From an uncultured Hungatella sp. (GTDB lineage: Bacteria; Bacillota; Clostridia; Lachnospirales; Lachnospiraceae): a stretch of 64,000 nt of DNA. The notes beneath the pieces are model-generated. The model was not told where the DNA came from. It made no database searches and was given only the letters and a program-made list of their open reading frames with translations. The DNA lies in contig CAJUJV010000002.1 in assembly GCA_910586845.1 (NCBI GenBank), positions 33,357-97,356 on the forward strand, written 5' to 3'. Both the position numbers and the translations under genes were made by a program. Position 1 is the first letter of the stretch, and each line of letters starts with the position of its first letter. Positions 9,213 through 18,078 of this stretch are shown here, piece by piece.

Positions 9213-9879
9213 AGATGAAGAGAGTATAGCGGAGCTGGAGAAGGATTATCTGGAGCTCAGCGGCTTTGAGGTGGAGATTGAGAATGACGGGGAGACGGGG
9301 CTTTCCAAAGCATTGGCGGAAGAGTACGATCTGTTTATCCTGGATCTGATGCTTCCCGGCGTAGACGGATTCGAAATCTGCAGGAAGGTGCGGGAGGTAA
9401 AGAACACCCCCATTATCATGGTATCTGCCAAGAAAGAAGATATTGACAAGATCAGAGGCCTGGGATTGGGAGCCGACGACTATATTACCAAGCCTTTCAG
9501 CCCCAGCGAGATGGTGGCCCGCGTCAAGGCTCATCTTGCCCGGTATGAGCGGCTCATCGGAAGCGGCATGCCTGACAATGAGATCATCGAAATCCGGGGA
9601 TTGAAGATCGACAAGACGGCCAGGCGGGTGTGGGTCAACGGCGAGGAGAGAAATTTTACCACAAAGGAATTTGACCTCCTGACCTTTCTGGCCCAGAATC
9701 CCAACCATGTGTACACCAAGGAAGAACTGTTTTCCAGGATCTGGGACATGGAGTCTATCGGGGATATCGCTACGGTGACGGTGCATATCAAGAAAATCCG
9801 GGAGAAGATTGAGTTCAATACAGCCAAGCCTCAGTATATCGAGACCATATGGGGCGTAGGGTATCGGTTCAAGGTATAA
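9190..9879 (+). CDS. OmpR-family response regulator
   Basis: IIEDE, LDLMLP, GADDYITKPF and ETIWGVGY motifs. AGGAGG RBS before ATG 9190. Confidence 0.93.
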   Translation: MKRILIIEDEESIAELEKDYLELSGFEVEIENDGETGLSKALAEEYDLFILDLMLPGVDGFEICRKVREVKNTPIIMVSAKKEDIDKIRGLGLGADDYITKPFSPSEMVARVKAHLARYERLIGSGMPDNEIIEIRGLKIDKTARRVWVNGEERNFTTKEFDLLTFLAQNPNHVYTKEELFSRIWDMESIGDIATVTVHIKKIREKIEFNTAKPQYIETIWGVGYRFKV

Positions 9880-9956
9880 AAAAGACAGAAAAAACTCTTG
9901 ATAAACAGGGCAGATCTGGTATGATAGTGTCAGCTTAAGAAAAGGAAGTAAACGCC

Positions 9957-11159
9957 ATGAAATACAAGACAAGATTTGCCGCTTTTTTTGCCGCCATGGT
10001 AGTATTTAACCTGGCGGCTAATTTTGCGCATCCGGTGACTCCCACTGTCATCCAGAACCTGAAGCTTCATGATTATATGTTCGGTGTGGCCCTGGCGGCC
10101 ATGCAGTTCACTAATTTTCTGGTCTCTCCCTTCTGGGGGAAAATAAATAATTACATATCCGCCCGGATCTCCCTTCTGGTGTGCTGCTGCGGATACGGCA
10201 TCGCCCAGGTGTGGTTTGCCTGTTCCACTACAGAACTTCAGATTATTCTGGCCCGCATGTTTGCCGGGCTGTTTACGGGAGGGGTGTTTGTCAGTTTTCT
10301 CACTTATGTAGTCGGAAGATCCGCTCCCGAAGATCAGGGCAGACATCTGACCATCACGGCTACTATCCAGAGCGTGGCCAGCGCCTTCGGATATATGATC
10401 GGAGGATTTCTGGGTGAAATTTCCGTGCTGACAGCGTTTCTGGTTCAGGCAGCAGCCCTGGTGACAGTGGGGGTCCTGTTCTTTCTGATCTGTGAGACCG
10501 ACAGTGAGACGGGCCTTAAAGAGATTCCTCTGAAGCAGCTTGCCAGGGAGGCCAACCCGTTTCAGGCCTTTCTGGACAGCAGGACTTTTATGAGTGTCTC
10601 CTTTTTCCTGCTGTTTGCCGTTAATGTGCTGATCAATTTCGGCAATACAGGATTCGACCAGGCATTTAATTACTATCTGAAGGATGTGCTGGGGCTGACT
10701 TCATCCTACAATGGGATCATCAAGGCCGCAGTCGGATTTATTTCCTTCTTCTCCAATATGACACTCTGTATCTGGATCCTGAACAGGACCGATACAAAGC
10801 GTTCCATGGTGAGCCTGACCGCTGTGTGTGCCGCTGCGGCGCTGGGAACCGTGGTCGCTCCGGGCATCGGGCTGTTCATCGCCTTCAGTGTTCTGGTGTA
10901 TGCCGGATACTCCGTCAGCGTTCCCGTGCTCCAGGACATGGTCGCCAACCAGGCAGACATCAGGCAGAAAAATCTGGTCATGGGTTTTTTCAACGCCACC
11001 AAGTCTCTGGGGAGTATCGCCGGGTCCATGACAGCGGGATTTATCTACTCCCTCCATGTAAAGCTGCCTTTTGTCTGTACTTTTGTGATCTATGGTATCA
11101 GTGTGGCAGTGGCTTTCAGGTATCTGAGGTATAAGGGGGCAGCATCAGACAGGCTCTAA
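9957..11159 (+). CDS. MFS transporter
   Basis: About 12 hydrophobic segments in 400 aa; ARMFAG motif. Confidence 0.8.
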   Translation: MKYKTRFAAFFAAMVVFNLAANFAHPVTPTVIQNLKLHDYMFGVALAAMQFTNFLVSPFWGKINNYISARISLLVCCCGYGIAQVWFACSTTELQIILARMFAGLFTGGVFVSFLTYVVGRSAPEDQGRHLTITATIQSVASAFGYMIGGFLGEISVLTAFLVQAAALVTVGVLFFLICETDSETGLKEIPLKQLAREANPFQAFLDSRTFMSVSFFLLFAVNVLINFGNTGFDQAFNYYLKDVLGLTSSYNGIIKAAVGFISFFSNMTLCIWILNRTDTKRSMVSLTAVCAAAALGTVVAPGIGLFIAFSVLVYAGYSVSVPVLQDMVANQADIRQKNLVMGFFNATKSLGSIAGSMTAGFIYSLHVKLPFVCTFVIYGISVAVAFRYLRYKGAASDRL

Positions 11160-11175
11160 ATAAAGAATTTGCTGA

Positions 11176-11204
11176 TTGACATACTCTTCCAAGTCTGATA
11201 TAAT
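11176..11204 (+). promoter_or_regulatory. Perfect SigA promoter for the DEAD-box helicase
   Basis: TTGACA-N17-TATAAT with extended TG. Confidence 0.85.
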
Positions 11205-11216
11205 AGTAAAATGTGT

Positions 11217-11262
11217 AAAAACGGGAAGATTCAGGGTCTGCCTTGAATGTTCTCGTTTTTTT
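11217..11262 (+). promoter_or_regulatory. Long leader hairpin ending in a U-tract (attenuator-like)
   Basis: AAAAACGGGAAGATTCAGGG-TCTG-CCTTGAATGTTCTCGTTTTTTT, just downstream of the promoter. Confidence 0.5.
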
Positions 11263-11348
11263 CGGAGAAGATTTGAAAGAGAGTGTAAGTACAGGGTATT
11301 TTGCGGAGAGCAGAAGAGCCCTTCATGAAAAAGTAGAAAGGAAATTAA

Positions 11349-13055
11349 ATGGAAACAGTAAAATTTGACGAACTTCAGTTAGACGACAGGATCCTCCGGG
11401 CGGTCACAGACATGGGATTTGAGGCTGCCTCGCCGATTCAGGCACAGGCTATTCCGGTACAGATGGAAGGAAGGGATGTGGTAGGGCAGGCCCAGACAGG
11501 AACAGGCAAGACTGCCGCCTTCGGTATCCCTCTTCTCCAGAAGATCGACCCCCGCAGCAAAAAGCTTCAGGCCATTGCCCTGTGCCCTACGAGGGAGCTG
11601 GCCATCCAGGTGGCTGACGAGATCCGCAAACTGGCAAAATATATGCACGGAATCAAAGTACTGCCTATCTACGGCGGACAGGATATCGTAAGACAGATCC
11701 GGGGGTTGAAAGAGGGGACTCAGATCGTCATCGGTACTCCTGGCCGTGTCATGGACCATATGAGGAGAAAGACGATCCGATGCGAACATATCCATACGGT
11801 GATTATGGATGAGGCCGACGAGATGCTCAACATGGGATTTCTGGAGGATATGGAGACCATCTTAAGCCAGCTTCCTGAGGAGCGGCAGACTGTGATGTTC
11901 TCTGCCACCATGCCCATGGAGATCCAGAATATCGCCAGACGGTTTCAAAAAGAACCGGTGACGGTAAAAGTGGTGAAAAAGGAGCTGACGGTTCCCAAGG
12001 TCACCCAGTATTACTATGAGGTAAAACCCAAGACAAAGGTGGAGGTTATGTGCCGCCTTCTGGATATGTATGCTCCAAGGCTGTCCATAGCCTTCTGCAA
12101 CACCAAGCGTCAGGTGGACGAGCTGGTCCAGGAGCTGCAGGGCCGGGGATATTTTGCAGAGGGTCTTCACGGTGATCTGAAGCAGATGCAGCGCGACCGT
12201 GTTATGAACAGTTTCAGGAACGGGACTACGGAGATTCTGGTGGCCACGGATGTGGCGGCCAGAGGCATCGATGTGGATAATGTGGAGGCCGTGTTTAATT
12301 ACGACATTCCCCAGGATGACGAGTACTATGTCCACCGCATCGGGCGGACAGGACGTGCGGGAAAGGATGGCATCGCCTTCAGCTTTGTGGTGGGAAAAGA
12401 AGTTTATAAACTCCGGGATATCCAGCGCTACTGCAAGACCAAGATCATTCCCCAGGCTATACCGTCTCTTGACGATATTACGACCATCAAGGCGGAGAAG
12501 ATCATGGAGCAGGTTATGGAACTGATCCGGGAAACCGACCTTACCAAGATGGTGAACCTGATCGAGAGAACGGTGCTGACTGAGGAAGAATGCACATCCC
12601 TGGATGTGGCCGCCGCTCTTTTGAAGCTGTCCATGGGCGAGGAAAATGAGGACATTATCGACAGCGGCCGGCCGGCCCGTTCCTTAGATGATCTGGACCG
12701 CTACGGCCGTGACGGCGGAGGCCGGGGCAGGAGAGACGGCCGGAGCAGCCGGGACGGCAGAGGAAGCAGGTACGGCAGGGACAGCCGTTATGACAGGGAA
12801 GACAGAGACGACATGGCCCGTCTGTTTGTGAACATCGGAAAGAGTCAGAATATCCGCCCGGGCGATGTGCTGGGGGCCGTGGCGGGAGAGACGGGGATCT
12901 CCGGAAAGCTGGTGGGGAGCATCGACATGTATGACAATTATACCTTTGTGGAGGTGCCCAGAGAGTATGCGGATGCGGTGCTGAGAGCCATGAAAGACGT
13001 GAAGATCAAAGGGAAAAACGTCCATGTAGAGAAAGCCAACACCAGGGGCCGATAA
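11349..13055 (+). CDS. deaD: DEAD-box RNA helicase (DeaD/CshA type with DbpA RNA-binding domain)
   Basis: Q motif, AQTGTGKT, PTRELA, DEAD, SAT, ARGID and HRIGRTGR; Arg/Gly/Asp-rich linker before the C-terminal domain. Confidence 0.92.
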   Translation: METVKFDELQLDDRILRAVTDMGFEAASPIQAQAIPVQMEGRDVVGQAQTGTGKTAAFGIPLLQKIDPRSKKLQAIALCPTRELAIQVADEIRKLAKYMHGIKVLPIYGGQDIVRQIRGLKEGTQIVIGTPGRVMDHMRRKTIRCEHIHTVIMDEADEMLNMGFLEDMETILSQLPEERQTVMFSATMPMEIQNIARRFQKEPVTVKVVKKELTVPKVTQYYYEVKPKTKVEVMCRLLDMYAPRLSIAFCNTKRQVDELVQELQGRGYFAEGLHGDLKQMQRDRVMNSFRNGTTEILVATDVAARGIDVDNVEAVFNYDIPQDDEYYVHRIGRTGRAGKDGIAFSFVVGKEVYKLRDIQRYCKTKIIPQAIPSLDDITTIKAEKIMEQVMELIRETDLTKMVNLIERTVLTEEECTSLDVAAALLKLSMGEENEDIIDSGRPARSLDDLDRYGRDGGGRGRRDGRSSRDGRGSRYGRDSRYDREDRDDMARLFVNIGKSQNIRPGDVLGAVAGETGISGKLVGSIDMYDNYTFVEVPREYADAVLRAMKDVKIKGKNVHVEKANTRGR

Positions 13056-13076
13056 AAAAGAAAATATTTTTAAGAT

Positions 13077-13120
13077 AAAAGCCGGACTCAGAAAAATGTT
13101 TTATTTTCTGTCTGGCTTTT
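13077..13120 (+). terminator. Probable terminator after the helicase
   Basis: AAAAGCCGGAC...GTCTGGCTTTT inverted repeat. Confidence 0.55.
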
Positions 13121-13121
13121 C

Positions 13122-13150
13122 TTGATTTTCCGGCAGGAAATGGGTATACT
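13122..13150 (+). promoter_or_regulatory. SigA promoter for nagA
   Basis: TTGATT-N17-TATACT. Confidence 0.6.
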
Positions 13151-13180
13151 GATGATAATAAATGCAGAAAGGAGCAGGGT

Positions 13181-14320
13181 ATGATATTACAGAGCACAAG
13201 AGTGTGGATCGGAGGACAGTTTCTGGCCGCCCAGCTGGAGATTGCAGACGGAAAGATCACAAGAGTGTATCCCTATGGGACCAGGGAGACGGATGAGGAC
13301 TATGGCAATAAGCGGATAGTCCCCGGTTTTATCGACGTCCACACCCACGGCGCCTATGGTTTCGACACCAATGACGGAGAACCGGAAGGGCTGAGAGACT
13401 GGATGAGGCGGATACCGGAGGAGGGAGTCACGGGAATTCTTCCGACTACAGTGACCCAGATGCCTGATGTGCTGACCAGGGCAGTGGCCAATGTAGCTGC
13501 CGTGGTAAAGGAAGGGTATGAGGGAGCGGAGATCCTGGGGATCCATTTTGAGGGTCCTTACCTTGACATGGAATATAAGGGGGCCCAGCCGCCGGAGGCC
13601 ATTGCAAAGGCTTCTGTGGAGCAGTTTCAGATGTATCAGAAGGCTGCCGAAGGACTGATCAGATACATTACTCTGGCTCCGGAGCATGACCCGGATTTTG
13701 CCCTTACAAGATACTGCAGCAGTACCGGCGTGGTGGTCAGCATGGGCCATTCCTCGGCCACCTATGATGAGGCCATGATGGGCATCGCCAACGGAGCCAT
13801 GTCCATGACTCATGTGTATAACGGAATGACCGGTCTTCATCACAGGAACCCGGGCCTTGTGGGTACGGCTTTCCGTGTGAGGGATATCTATGGGGAGATC
13901 ATCTGCGACGGCTGTCACTCTCATCTGGCGGCTCTCAATGATTTCGTCACATCCAAAGGACGGGACTATACCGTTATGATCACGGACTCCCTGAGACCCA
14001 AACACTGTCCTCCGGGGGGAGACTATGAGCTGGGCGGACATCCCATAGAGATCAGCGAAAGCGGACTTGCCTATCTGAAAGGTACGAAGACCATTGCCGG
14101 GAGCACGCTTTACATGAACAGAGGCCTGAAGATCCTGACAGAGGAGGCTCTGATCCCCTTTGATACGGCACTGAACAGCTGTACCATCAATCCGGCCAGG
14201 TGTCTGGGTGTGGATGACAGAAAGGGGAAACTGGCCGCAGGTTATGATGCGGATGTGGTGGTTCTGGAAGATGATTATGACGTATACCAGACATACTGCA
14301 GAGGAGTGAAGATGCTGTAA
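13181..14320 (+). CDS. nagA: N-acetylglucosamine-6-phosphate deacetylase
   Basis: PGFIDVHTHG, HFEGP, GHS, THVYN, DGCH, ITDS and IAGS motifs. Confidence 0.93.
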   Translation: MILQSTRVWIGGQFLAAQLEIADGKITRVYPYGTRETDEDYGNKRIVPGFIDVHTHGAYGFDTNDGEPEGLRDWMRRIPEEGVTGILPTTVTQMPDVLTRAVANVAAVVKEGYEGAEILGIHFEGPYLDMEYKGAQPPEAIAKASVEQFQMYQKAAEGLIRYITLAPEHDPDFALTRYCSSTGVVVSMGHSSATYDEAMMGIANGAMSMTHVYNGMTGLHHRNPGLVGTAFRVRDIYGEIICDGCHSHLAALNDFVTSKGRDYTVMITDSLRPKHCPPGGDYELGGHPIEISESGLAYLKGTKTIAGSTLYMNRGLKILTEEALIPFDTALNSCTINPARCLGVDDRKGKLAAGYDADVVVLEDDYDVYQTYCRGVKML

Positions 14321-14329
14321 ATAACAGGA

Positions 14330-14455
14330 ATAAAAACATTCCGCCAGCCGGAGCGTGTTCCCGGGATGATCAATGTGAGACCGGACACCTCCGATACAGC
14401 CGGGGCTATACTCCTCCCGGAACTGGCGGAATGTATGCAGTCATGAAGACTGCAG
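14330..14455 (-). ncRNA. Candidate structured small RNA (~125 nt)
   Basis: Own promoter; 5' hairpin; three-way junction closed by a perfect 12-bp stem (14336-14347 with 14423-14434); ends in UUUUUAUU. Confidence 0.65.
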
Positions 14456-14460
14456 ATATT

Positions 14461-14489
14461 ATTGTAGCTTTTTATGGAGACATTGTCAA
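14461..14489 (-). promoter_or_regulatory. SigA promoter driving the candidate sRNA
   Basis: TTGACA (14484-14489)-N17-TACAAT (14461-14466) on the minus strand. Confidence 0.8.
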
Positions 14490-14516
14490 CGCTTTCTGTT
14501 TATCCTGTATCAGAGA

Positions 14517-15731
14517 TTATCCCTGAGATTCACAAAATACATATTGGGACAGCCTTTCAAAGGCTTCTTTTACTCTGGAGAGAGGCAGGGCAAGATTCAT
14601 GCGGATGGTGTCAGGCTTGTTAAAGGGCCTTCCGTCCTGCCAGATCACCCCCACATCCCATCCGGCCCGGAGAAGTTCATCCAGAGTCCTGCCGTGCTGT
14701 GTGCACCAGGTGCTGCAGTCCAGGTACAGCATATAGGTGCCCTGAGGCCGGGAAAGAGAGATACCCTTAAAGTGGGAGGCGATGTAATCGCAGCTGTAGT
14801 CCACGTTGGCGCTGAGCACCTGGCACAGTTCATCCACCCACTGCTGCCCTTCCTGAGAGTAAGCGCCTATGAGGGCATGCATGGACATTACGTTCTGAGA
14901 ATTGTAGTGGCAGAGGGAGGACTGTTTAAGAAGGCGGTCCCTGAGATATCTGCTGTAGACAATGTGGTAGGAGCCTACCAGTCCGGCCAGGTTAAAGGTC
15001 TTGGACGGAGCATATACGGCGATGGTCCTGTTTCTTGCATCTTCGGACACGGACTGAGTCGGCGTGTGTTTATGTCCATCCAGAAGAATATCGGACCAGA
15101 TCTCGTCGGAGACCACGATGCAGTCGTTCTGTCTGTAGACTTCCATGGCTTTTTCGATCTCCCAGAGCTCCCAGACTCTTCCCGTAGGATTGTGAGGGGA
15201 ACAGAAGACGGCAAAATGGATGGAATGTTCTTTTAATTTTCTGTCCATATCTTCATAATCCATGCGCCAGATCCCATCCCTGTCTTTCACAAGGTCGCTT
15301 AAGATCAGCTGATAGCCCACATTGGTAAGCGATTTGGTGAAGCCGATGTAGGTAGGTGCGTGGACCAGGATCTTGTCTCCGGCAGAGCAGAAGGTCTGGG
15401 CAGCGGAGACCACGCATCCCAGGACGCCGTTTTCGTAGCCGATGTGCTCTCTGGAGAGACCTTTCACATGGTTTCTGGTCTCCTGCCAGCTGATGATGGC
15501 ATCAAAATAAGCATCGGAAGGGATGAAATATCCGTAGGCAGGATGGGCGGCTCTCTCTGCCAGAGCCCGGGGAACAGAAGGAACCGTGGGAAAATTCATA
15601 TCAGCCACCCACATGGGGATCACATCAAAGCCTTCTTTCGGACCTCCCGGGGCTCCTGCCCTGCCGGGAGAATCCACGGCGATGGAGTCCATGCCTCTCC
15701 GGTCCATGATGGAAGTAAAATCGTATTTCAT
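14517..15731 (-). CDS. PLP-dependent PatB/MalY-family C-S lyase (cystathionine beta-lyase-like)
   Basis: PMWVADMNF, CSPHNPTGRVW, SDEI and APSKTFNLAG (PLP lysine). Confidence 0.9.
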   Translation of the reverse strand: MKYDFTSIMDRRGMDSIAVDSPGRAGAPGGPKEGFDVIPMWVADMNFPTVPSVPRALAERAAHPAYGYFIPSDAYFDAIISWQETRNHVKGLSREHIGYENGVLGCVVSAAQTFCSAGDKILVHAPTYIGFTKSLTNVGYQLILSDLVKDRDGIWRMDYEDMDRKLKEHSIHFAVFCSPHNPTGRVWELWEIEKAMEVYRQNDCIVVSDEIWSDILLDGHKHTPTQSVSEDARNRTIAVYAPSKTFNLAGLVGSYHIVYSRYLRDRLLKQSSLCHYNSQNVMSMHALIGAYSQEGQQWVDELCQVLSANVDYSCDYIASHFKGISLSRPQGTYMLYLDCSTWCTQHGRTLDELLRAGWDVGVIWQDGRPFNKPDTIRMNLALPLSRVKEAFERLSQYVFCESQG

Positions 15732-15881
15732 AAAACAGCCTCTCTTTCTTATGTAATAAAGGTTTCTTCCAGTTTAACACAACCGGGGGGAGGCCGCAAG
15801 GCCGTCAGCAGGAAGATTGGGCAAAAAATACAAAAACAGACAAACTATAAAAAATAATCTAAACAAAATTTACAAAGCATA

Positions 15882-15910
15882 TTGACATTTTTTTATCATA
15901 GGGGTATAGT
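15882..15910 (+). promoter_or_regulatory. SigA promoter
   Basis: TTGACA-N17-TATAGT. Confidence 0.75.
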
Positions 15911-15977
15911 AAGAATCGTATTATGTGTGTCTGAGAAAGACACAGAGCATCAATCTGAAAGGGAGGTAACAAACAAC

Positions 15978-18008
15978 ATGAAGAAAAAACTATCTTGCAT
16001 GGCATCTGTACTGCTGGCAGCCAGCCTGACAGCATGTTCAGGAGGAGGACAGGAAGCAGCCACCACAGCGGCTCCTGAGACCACCACGGCGGCTCCGACT
16101 ACAGCAGCAGCCACCACGGCAGCGGAGACGACAGAGGCCGGAGCACTGACTGCAGGAACCTATACCGCATCCAAGCCGGGTATGAACGGCCAGGTGACAG
16201 TAGAAGTGGTGACCGATGATTCTTCCATCGTATCCGTGGAAGTAACCGGGAATCAGGAGACGCCGGGTATCGGTTCTCCGCTGGTAGACGGTGAGAAGGA
16301 AGGAACTATCCCCACGATCTCCATCCCCGCAGCCATTGTTGAGAATCAGACTGTGGCAGTGGATGCAGTGGCAGGCGCCACCATCACAAGCGCGGCGGTC
16401 AAGTCCGCAGTTGAGGATTGTCTGAGCCAGGCAGGAGCCAACCTGGATGACTGGAAGACTCCGGTGGAGAAGGCAGCTCCCCAGGAGATCGACATGGAAG
16501 CCGACGTAGTGGTAGTAGGCGGGGGCGGCGCCGGACTGGCGGCAGCTATCTCTGCTTCTCAGAACGGAGCCAAAGTTATCATAGTAGAGAAGAACGGCGC
16601 AGTAGGCGGAGATACCCTGGTCTGCGGCGCTATCTATAACAATCCTGACGAGGAACTTCAGAGCAAGGTTGAGATGAGCGATGCCGTGAAGAAGACTCTG
16701 GAGGCAGGCATCGCCGTAACTCCTGTAGACGATGCGCATAAAGAACTGATCGATACCGTAGCTGCAGAGTGGAAGCAGTACAAGGCTGACGGCAAGACTA
16801 CTCTGTTTGATTCCGAAGCATGGTTTACTCTTCAGACCTACAACGGCGGCGACAATGTGGCAGAGCTTCCTCTGGTAAAGGTTCTGTGTGAGAATGCTAT
16901 CGCAGGCTATGACTGGATCCAGGAGCTGGGTATGGAGTTTAACGATACCATCGGTCAGGGCGCAGGCTCTCTGTGGCAGAGAACTCACACCTCCACCAAG
17001 CCCATGGGTACCGGGTTTATTTCCACTTATGTGGAGAACATCGCGGCGGATGCCAATATCCAGATGGTAACCTCCACGACGGCGACCAGGCTGATCCAGG
17101 ATGACACCGGAAGAGTAACCGGCGTAGAGGCAGAGGATGTAAACGGCAATACATACAAGTTCCAGGCTTCCAAGGGCGTGGTTCTGGCTACCGGCGGTTT
17201 TGCTGCCAACTCCAAGATGGTGAACGAATATAACACCACCGGCAAGTGGGATGACCTGTCCAAGGTTCCCACGACCAACCGTTTCGGCTGCTCTCAGGGC
17301 GACGGTATCATCATGGCCCAGGAGATCGGTGCTGCTCTCAGCCAGATGGAGCAGATCCAGCTGCTGTATCTGGGCAACGTAAAGGATGGCGGCCTGACCA
17401 AGTATCCGGCCCGCTGTGTCAACGGTACGGATCAGGAGATCTTCATTAACAAGAACGGTGAGCGTTTTGTAAGAGAAGACGGACGCCGTGACGAGATCTG
17501 TCTCCAGGTGCTGAAGCAGCCGGATGCCATGTTCTACTTCCTTGAGTCTGCAGACGGCGACTACACAGATGTAAAGACCGCTCTCACAGCAGACGGATTT
17601 ACCTTCCAGGAGATGGAGGAGCAGGGATACATCATCATCGCCGACACATTAGACGAGATGGCGGAGAAGCTTGGCTGTGACGCCGAGACTCTGAAAGCTA
17701 CCGTAGACACCTTCAACGCTTCTGTAGACAGCGGCGAGGATGAGTTCGGACGTACTCTCTACAGCGTGAAGCTGGAGAACGGCCCCTTCGTGGCAACTCC
17801 ACGTCAGGCATGTCTCCATCATACCATGGGCGGCGTGAAGATCGACACCGAAGGCCGTGTACTTGACGAGAGCGGAGCTCCCATCGAAGGTCTGGTGGCA
17901 GCAGGCGAGATCACCGGCGGTATCCACGGCGGAAACCGTCTGGGCGGCAACGCGGTTGTAGATACGGTTGTATTCGGCAAACTGGCCGGCGAGACCATCA
18001 CGAAGTAA
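15978..18008 (+). CDS. Lipoprotein flavocytochrome c/UrdA-family reductase with N-terminal FMN-binding domain
   Basis: GGAGG RBS; lipobox LTAC; Ala/Thr linker; flavinylation-like DAVAGAT; FAD motifs GGGGAG, ATGGF, HHTMGG and GNRLGGN. Confidence 0.88.
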   Translation: MKKKLSCMASVLLAASLTACSGGGQEAATTAAPETTTAAPTTAAATTAAETTEAGALTAGTYTASKPGMNGQVTVEVVTDDSSIVSVEVTGNQETPGIGSPLVDGEKEGTIPTISIPAAIVENQTVAVDAVAGATITSAAVKSAVEDCLSQAGANLDDWKTPVEKAAPQEIDMEADVVVVGGGGAGLAAAISASQNGAKVIIVEKNGAVGGDTLVCGAIYNNPDEELQSKVEMSDAVKKTLEAGIAVTPVDDAHKELIDTVAAEWKQYKADGKTTLFDSEAWFTLQTYNGGDNVAELPLVKVLCENAIAGYDWIQELGMEFNDTIGQGAGSLWQRTHTSTKPMGTGFISTYVENIAADANIQMVTSTTATRLIQDDTGRVTGVEAEDVNGNTYKFQASKGVVLATGGFAANSKMVNEYNTTGKWDDLSKVPTTNRFGCSQGDGIIMAQEIGAALSQMEQIQLLYLGNVKDGGLTKYPARCVNGTDQEIFINKNGERFVREDGRRDEICLQVLKQPDAMFYFLESADGDYTDVKTALTADGFTFQEMEEQGYIIIADTLDEMAEKLGCDAETLKATVDTFNASVDSGEDEFGRTLYSVKLENGPFVATPRQACLHHTMGGVKIDTEGRVLDESGAPIEGLVAAGEITGGIHGGNRLGGNAVVDTVVFGKLAGETITK

Positions 18009-18022
18009 TTGTTAACAGACAG

Positions 18023-18059
18023 CACAAAGGCTGCCCCGATACTGTGGGCAGCCTTTGTG
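18023..18059. terminator. Bidirectional terminator hairpin
   Basis: 14-bp stem CACAAAGGCTGCCC/GGGCAGCCTTTGTG between convergent genes. Confidence 0.8.
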
Positions 18060-18078
18060 ACGTATGATTTTACAGGTA

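Noticed and set aside
12700..12810. Degenerate tandem repeats in the helicase
   Set aside because: They encode an ordinary Arg/Gly/Asp-rich disordered linker; not a CRISPR array or a discrete DNA repeat.
14431..14526. 31-codon plus-strand ORF as a possible type I toxin opposite the sRNA
   Set aside because: No SD; it is simply the reverse complement of the promoter region.
15732..15880. SAM/T-box riboswitch upstream of patB, or Rex sites upstream of the reductase
   Set aside because: The patB leader is short and lacks riboswitch signatures. The A-rich Rex-like matches are too weak.
16060..16145. Repeats encoding TTAA/ETT
   Set aside because: Typical lipoprotein tether linker.
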